Of a DNA stretch of 40,814 nucleotides, positions 36,469 through 40,814 are shown in pieces; the stretch's first letter is position 1; each line of letters starts with the position of its first letter. The position numbers were made by a program, and so were the translations under genes. The stretch covers positions 1-40,814 of the forward strand of contig CAYYLB010000003.1 in NCBI GenBank assembly GCA_964472345.1. Direction: 5' to 3'. Source of the stretch: an uncultured Methanosarcinales archaeon. GTDB taxonomy: Archaea; Nanobdellota; Nanobdellia; Woesearchaeales; JAGLXL01. Under the pieces are notes generated by a model. It worked only from the letters and a program-made list of their open reading frames with translations, was not told the DNA's origin and ran no database searches.

Positions 36469-38403
36469 TTATTCACCTCCCTGTGTTGCTGGCGTCCTTG
36501 CGCCAAATGGATCATATTCCTGTCCTCCGCCGTGGAAGAACTTGGAGAAGCATTCGACGTAATGCAGCCTGATCCCGTGCAAAAACGGCCCCAGGACGCC
36601 GAGGCCGATGTTGATCAGGTGGCCGATGACCATAATAATAATCGCGATGAGGACAAAGAAGCCGCCTTTCGCAAGAAACGGCTTTGCGAGGTTCTCGTTC
36701 ACGACGACTGCCAGGCCGACGGATGCGAGGCCGACGGCACCGAGGCGCATGTAGCTGAGCATGTTGCTGAACAGCGCAGGCACCTCAATCAGGCCCTTGA
36801 CCCCTTCGCCGAGCGCAATCATGAGCAGCGCAGCTGCCGCGATGAGCGCGCCAGGCCAGACGGAAAGCGCGAGCCTGCCGATCAGCGCGAGGAGTGCGAG
36901 CGCGATGCCTGCCTGGAGGAGCAGCCAGCTGAGCTTCTCGAGCAGCGCGTGCCTGATGCCGTGCGCGCGCCAGACATTGAAAAAGCCGATGAGCAGGCCG
37001 AGGTTAAGGTGCACCGCGCCGACGAGGACGCCGATGAAGAGCACGCTCAGCAGCTCGTGGCCGGCGATGCTCACCGTGCTGTGGGTGCGCTGCAGCAGGC
37101 GCGGAAAGCTGTAGACGATCTCTTTGGTGCCATGGTGCTCGATGATCTCCTTGTTGAGGCACAAGCCGGCGCTGCCGCAAAGGGACGCGCCGGTTTCCCC
37201 GCTGACGTGCTCAAAGCCGAAGTACTCGCCGAAGAGGAAGCCGAAGGCGATGGTGACGATGGAGGCGTAGACGAGCACGTTCATGAGCTGCCTTGCCGCA
37301 GGGAATCTCTTGCGGATGAAGAGGAACAGCATGAGGGTTACGAGGCCATAGCCGGCATCGCCGAGCATGAAGCCGAAGAAGAGCGGGAAGGTGAACGCAA
37401 GCAGCAGGCTCGGGTCAAACTCGAGGTGATTCGGGAGCTCGTACAGGCGGGTGAGCACTTCGAAATTCCGCACGGGCCTGGGGTTGCTCAGCTTGACGGG
37501 AACCGCTTCGTCATGCCCGATGGGCTCTTCTTCTATGGAGACCGCCTGCACGGTGTCGCTGAGCTCCCTGCGCAGGGCATCGAGCTGCCTGCGCGGCACG
37601 TAGCCGCTCGCGATCAGCGACTGCGCGGTTGTGGCGAACTGCAGCGGGATCTCGGCCTTCCTGATCTCAGTCTCGAGGAGCGATTCTGCGGCGAGGAGGA
37701 AGGTGAGGTGCTTTTTCAGGCCGCGGACGGCGCGGGCTGCAAGCGCATGGCGCTGCCGCGCGCTGGTGATGTCCTTTTGGAGCTTTTTTGGGGAAAGGTG
37801 CTGGTAGGGCTGCAGGTCGAGGCGGGTAAAGCCTGCTTCCGCGAGTGCAGCGTCTGCGGCTGCGAAGGTGAAGAGCGCAATCAGCTGCCGGCTGCCGAGG
37901 CGCGTGTGGCGCAGCTCCGCATCCTTGAGCGCGCGGAGCGGCGCGAGGCTGCTTGCGGTGCCGACGTGCCACCGGATATGCCTGATGTTCGGCAGGAGGG
38001 CAGGGTTGAGCTTCAGCCTGGCAAGGGCGTCGAGCGTCGCCTGCAGGGAGGTGAGTTGGGCGAGCTGCTGTTCCGCTTCGCCCGCTGCTGCGAGCAGCTT
38101 CTTGGCCTGCCCGTGGAGGCGAGTGACGGCCGAAATGACCTCAGTGAGCGGCTGCCCGGGAAGATGGCCGCTTCCGTGCGCGCCGATGCCGAGCATCGCT
38201 TTCGTCGCCCGGAGCGTGAGAAGCGCCTGCGAGAGCTGCTCTGCCTGAGGAAGCGGCGCGGCGGCGTCCAGGCCGGCGTACTCGCCCTTGGCGTACTGCT
38301 TCACATGCAGGGCGCGGCTGCGGTAGAGGGTTTCGATGACCTCCGGCGCGAGCCGCTTCGGCGTGATGATGCGCACCTTGGCCATGGCATCGGGAACGAT
38401 CAT
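36469..38403 (-). CDS. atpI: A-type ATP synthase subunit I (a)
   Basis: FFGFMLGDAGYG, SY.RL with the essential Arg, RLHYVE.F.KF. Confidence 0.95.
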   Translation of the reverse strand: MIVPDAMAKVRIITPKRLAPEVIETLYRSRALHVKQYAKGEYAGLDAAAPLPQAEQLSQALLTLRATKAMLGIGAHGSGHLPGQPLTEVISAVTRLHGQAKKLLAAAGEAEQQLAQLTSLQATLDALARLKLNPALLPNIRHIRWHVGTASSLAPLRALKDAELRHTRLGSRQLIALFTFAAADAALAEAGFTRLDLQPYQHLSPKKLQKDITSARQRHALAARAVRGLKKHLTFLLAAESLLETEIRKAEIPLQFATTAQSLIASGYVPRRQLDALRRELSDTVQAVSIEEEPIGHDEAVPVKLSNPRPVRNFEVLTRLYELPNHLEFDPSLLLAFTFPLFFGFMLGDAGYGLVTLMLFLFIRKRFPAARQLMNVLVYASIVTIAFGFLFGEYFGFEHVSGETGASLCGSAGLCLNKEIIEHHGTKEIVYSFPRLLQRTHSTVSIAGHELLSVLFIGVLVGAVHLNLGLLIGFFNVWRAHGIRHALLEKLSWLLLQAGIALALLALIGRLALSVWPGALIAAAALLMIALGEGVKGLIEVPALFSNMLSYMRLGAVGLASVGLAVVVNENLAKPFLAKGGFFVLIAIIIMVIGHLINIGLGVLGPFLHGIRLHYVECFSKFFHGGGQEYDPFGARTPATQGGE

Positions 38404-38723
38404 GAGAACCCCTCGCCCGAGCGCAGCTTCCGGATGAGCATTGCGGCTGCCTTTGCGATATGTTTCTCGCCCGTCTGCGTGAAGCGTGCGGCTTCCTGCC
38501 CGTACCTCGCGAGGATGCGCTGCTTTTCCTGCCCGATCTGATCAAGCTGCTGCCGGCTTTCGCCTTCAATCCGCTGCTCGATCCCGCTTTTCATCCTGCT
38601 GAGCTGCTCGATGGCCTGCTCGCGCGCCCTCGCGATGGCTTTTGCCTTCTCGCGCTCCGCGCGCTTTGCAATCTGCTCTGCTTGTTTCTCTGCGTTCAGT
38701 ATCTCCTGAACCGCTTCTGTCAT
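38400..38723 (-). CDS. atpH: A-type ATP synthase subunit H (G), peripheral stalk
   Basis: I..AEK.AEQI...A coiled coil; first gene of the operon; ATGA overlap with atpI. Confidence 0.8.
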   Translation of the reverse strand: MTEAVQEILNAEKQAEQIAKRAEREKAKAIARAREQAIEQLSRMKSGIEQRIEGESRQQLDQIGQEKQRILARYGQEAARFTQTGEKHIAKAAAMLIRKLRSGEGFS

Positions 38724-38831
38724 GGTTTTTTCAAGAGAATCAGGTTGACGCGTTGAGCGCGACAATCAGGAGCCCCTCTTTCTGCTCCCTCTGCTTCTCT
38801 TCTCTCGTTGGGTGCTGTTGGTTGTGGTTGG

Positions 38832-38839
38832 TTTATAAA
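38832..38839 (-). promoter_or_regulatory. TATA box of the ATP synthase operon
   Basis: CGAAACC-TTTATAAA on the minus strand. Confidence 0.6.
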
Positions 38840-38984
38840 GGTTTCGGATTCCGGTTTCGCGCGGCGGCGGGTGGTAGCGACGATAAAGCAGGTTAAAACC
38901 CCGGGAAGATGCAGCATGTGTGCCGTGCAGCCGGCGATTCCCTTTTCTGCCGTCCGCGGCGCATGGTTTTTTCCAATGGTTGGG

Positions 38985-39605
38985 TTATATTGGAAACGGT
39001 AGAGGGAGTGTGCTGTCGCATTCTTCTCTTGGGTTTTTGCGCCCTTTTTGAAGCTCAATCAACTCACGTTCCTCTCTGAGCCGGGTAATTTCCATTTGTC
39101 TTTTGCTGTCCCCGACAAGCCGCTCGAGATGGTCATATGTCACTGGAACGACTTTTGGGGTAGTGCCTCGCGGTACATATATCATCTTCTGTACCCAGAA
39201 ATAAGCATCGCCAAGTTTGGCCAACGCCGGCGCAAGCCCGAAGTGGGACGGTGTGACGTCCTTTAGCCTCCCATAGTCCCCCCCGTTGATTTGGACAAAC
39301 TCCCCGATGCAGTCAAATTCATGCTGCAATAGTTTTAATACATATCCAAGTTCATCTGACGGGAGGGATACGAATGTTTGCCCACCAGTCATTGGGATTA
39401 TGATACCATCTTTGAAAACTACTTTTCTCTCGCTATAATGAACCCAAGGGTAGTGATCAAGAATCACCCCTACAGGTTCTTCCTGGTTCCTCACCACTTC
39501 TTTGACAATTCCATAATGCTGTCTTCCATCTATTAGCATAGTTACTGCTTTGCCTACAAAGTCCGCAAGATTATCTCTTGCTGGGTTTAGGTCTCCGAAT
39601 GCCAT
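38985..39605 (-). CDS. Hypothetical protein with two Sm/SH3-like repeats
   Basis: ATG ~23 nt from CTTATAAA; internal repeat FVGKAV...HYGIVKEV / CIGEFV...DYGRLKDV; lower GC. Confidence 0.6.
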   Translation of the reverse strand: MAFGDLNPARDNLADFVGKAVTMLIDGRQHYGIVKEVVRNQEEPVGVILDHYPWVHYSERKVVFKDGIIIPMTGGQTFVSLPSDELGYVLKLLQHEFDCIGEFVQINGGDYGRLKDVTPSHFGLAPALAKLGDAYFWVQKMIYVPRGTTPKVVPVTYDHLERLVGDSKRQMEITRLREERELIELQKGRKNPREECDSTLPLPFPI

Positions 39606-39706
39606 GAGGACAGGTCGTCGCTGCACATTTATAAGCCTTTCTATTATTACCACTATCAAATGGTTAAAAAACTTCATAAAGCCATCCACCCGCCATTTAA
39701 AAACAA

Positions 39707-39851
39707 GGGCTGTTGCGGAGCCTTTCCGTGCCGCTGCGGGTGCGTGCGCGAACAACGTGAGCGCTGGCTTTCAACTTCGCGGTCGGCCTCTCAGCTTCGC
39801 GTAATCCTGCGGAGTCCGTCGGCGGGGCAGCACCGGCATCCGCAACAGCCC
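39707..39851. mobile_element. MITE-like element, 145 bp
   Basis: Perfect 13-bp terminal inverted repeat GGGCTGTTGCGGA; no clear target-site duplication. Confidence 0.55.
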
Positions 39852-39869
39852 GGCAAAAGAGGGGATCCC

Positions 39870-40676
39870 ATGCAGTTCAGCATCCAGCGGAAGCAGAACG
39901 AGAACATCCACAAGTACCCTACCGATGACCTGAAGCTCGCTGATGCGTATGTCAAGAAGCTCAAGAACGAGCTCGGCGACTTCCTTGTTGCTGCGGTGCT
40001 GTTCGGCTCATCTGCGCGCGGCTCCTCGACCGCGGACTCGGACATTGACGTCCTGCTCGTGGGCGATGACATCTCGTTCCAGTTCACCGATGCGCTGGTG
40101 CAGGCCTACCGGGTGATCGTGGAGAACGTGACTGCCGCCATGTCACGGAAGCTGCACATCACAAGCATGACGCTCACGAGCTTCTGGGAATATGCCCGCG
40201 TCGGCGATCCGGTCGCAATCAACATGCTGCGGGATGGGGTCGCGCTGCTCGACACGGGCTTTTTCACGCCGCTCCAGGAACTGCTGAAGCAGGGCAGGAT
40301 CCGCCCAAGCGAGGAGAGCATCTGGCGCTACTTCGGACGCTCGCCGCGCACGCTCGTGAACAGCCGCTGGCACGTGCTGCAGGCGACGCTCGACCTGTAC
40401 TGGGCGGTCATGGACTCTGCCCATGCTGCGCTGATGAAACGCGGCGAGATCCCTCCGACGCCGGAGCATGCCGCGGATCTGCTGTACGAGAAGCTCGTCA
40501 AGACGCGCCTGCTTGAGCCGGAGCACGCGGAGACGGTGCGCAGGTTCTACCAGCTGAGCAAGATGATTACGCACCGCGAGATCAAGCACATCACCGGGGC
40601 TGAGTACGACCGCTATCTCAAGGAAGCGACCGGCTTTGTCGAGCGGATGAAGATGTTCATTGAGGAGCATCACTAG
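39870..40676 (+). CDS. Minimal nucleotidyltransferase (MNT)-HEPN fusion protein
   Basis: LFGSSARG....DSDID pol-beta motif; C-terminal HEPN-like bundle (LYWAV..SAHAALM..GEIPP.PEH). Confidence 0.85.
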   Translation: MQFSIQRKQNENIHKYPTDDLKLADAYVKKLKNELGDFLVAAVLFGSSARGSSTADSDIDVLLVGDDISFQFTDALVQAYRVIVENVTAAMSRKLHITSMTLTSFWEYARVGDPVAINMLRDGVALLDTGFFTPLQELLKQGRIRPSEESIWRYFGRSPRTLVNSRWHVLQATLDLYWAVMDSAHAALMKRGEIPPTPEHAADLLYEKLVKTRLLEPEHAETVRRFYQLSKMITHREIKHITGAEYDRYLKEATGFVERMKMFIEEHH

Positions 40677-40814
40677 GTGCTATTGTTTTTGGTTCACAAT
40701 GGCGGTGAGATCGTTCACTAAATTCCCTGCGAGATACTGCCCTCCCGGCATCCCCCTGCCATCATGCCCTCTCGTGACATCAATCCGGAAGCCGGTGAGC
40801 AGCGTCTGGCCATC

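Noticed and set aside
35566..38541. 991-aa plus-strand ORF
   Set aside because: Antisense shadow of atpE/K/I/H with no recognisable domain.

Overview
High-GC archaeal chromosomal segment, most likely from a DPANN (Woesearchaeota-like) genome assembly. The archaeal call rests on PolB with a PIP box, an A1Ao ATP synthase operon, tRNAs with bulge-helix-bulge (BHB) introns and TATA promoters. The finer taxonomy is inference from an MNT-HEPN fusion and a giant sequon-rich surface subtilase. One 100-N scaffold gap lies at 2802-2901. The most striking element is a minus-strand B12-dependent ribonucleotide reduction operon: nrdR, an ATP-cone class II RNR paralogue that has lost its catalytic residues, an intact cone-less NrdJ, and a PduO-type cobalamin adenosyltransferase. 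Two bacterial-type NrdR boxes, 32 bp apart, overlie its archaeal promoter. The dead paralogue looks like a pseudoenzyme that could supply allosteric control in trans. Other notable items: a two-intron tRNA(CAT) (37/38 and T-loop 59/60), an archaeal GGDEF protein, three MITE-like elements (one read through inside the subtilase N-terminus), a ~205-nt highly paired intergenic element, a pentein deiminase split by one in-frame TGA, an orphan PurD-like ATP-grasp ligase and an AbrB/DUF5678/aspartyl-protease cluster. All calls come from reading motifs by eye; no searches were run.
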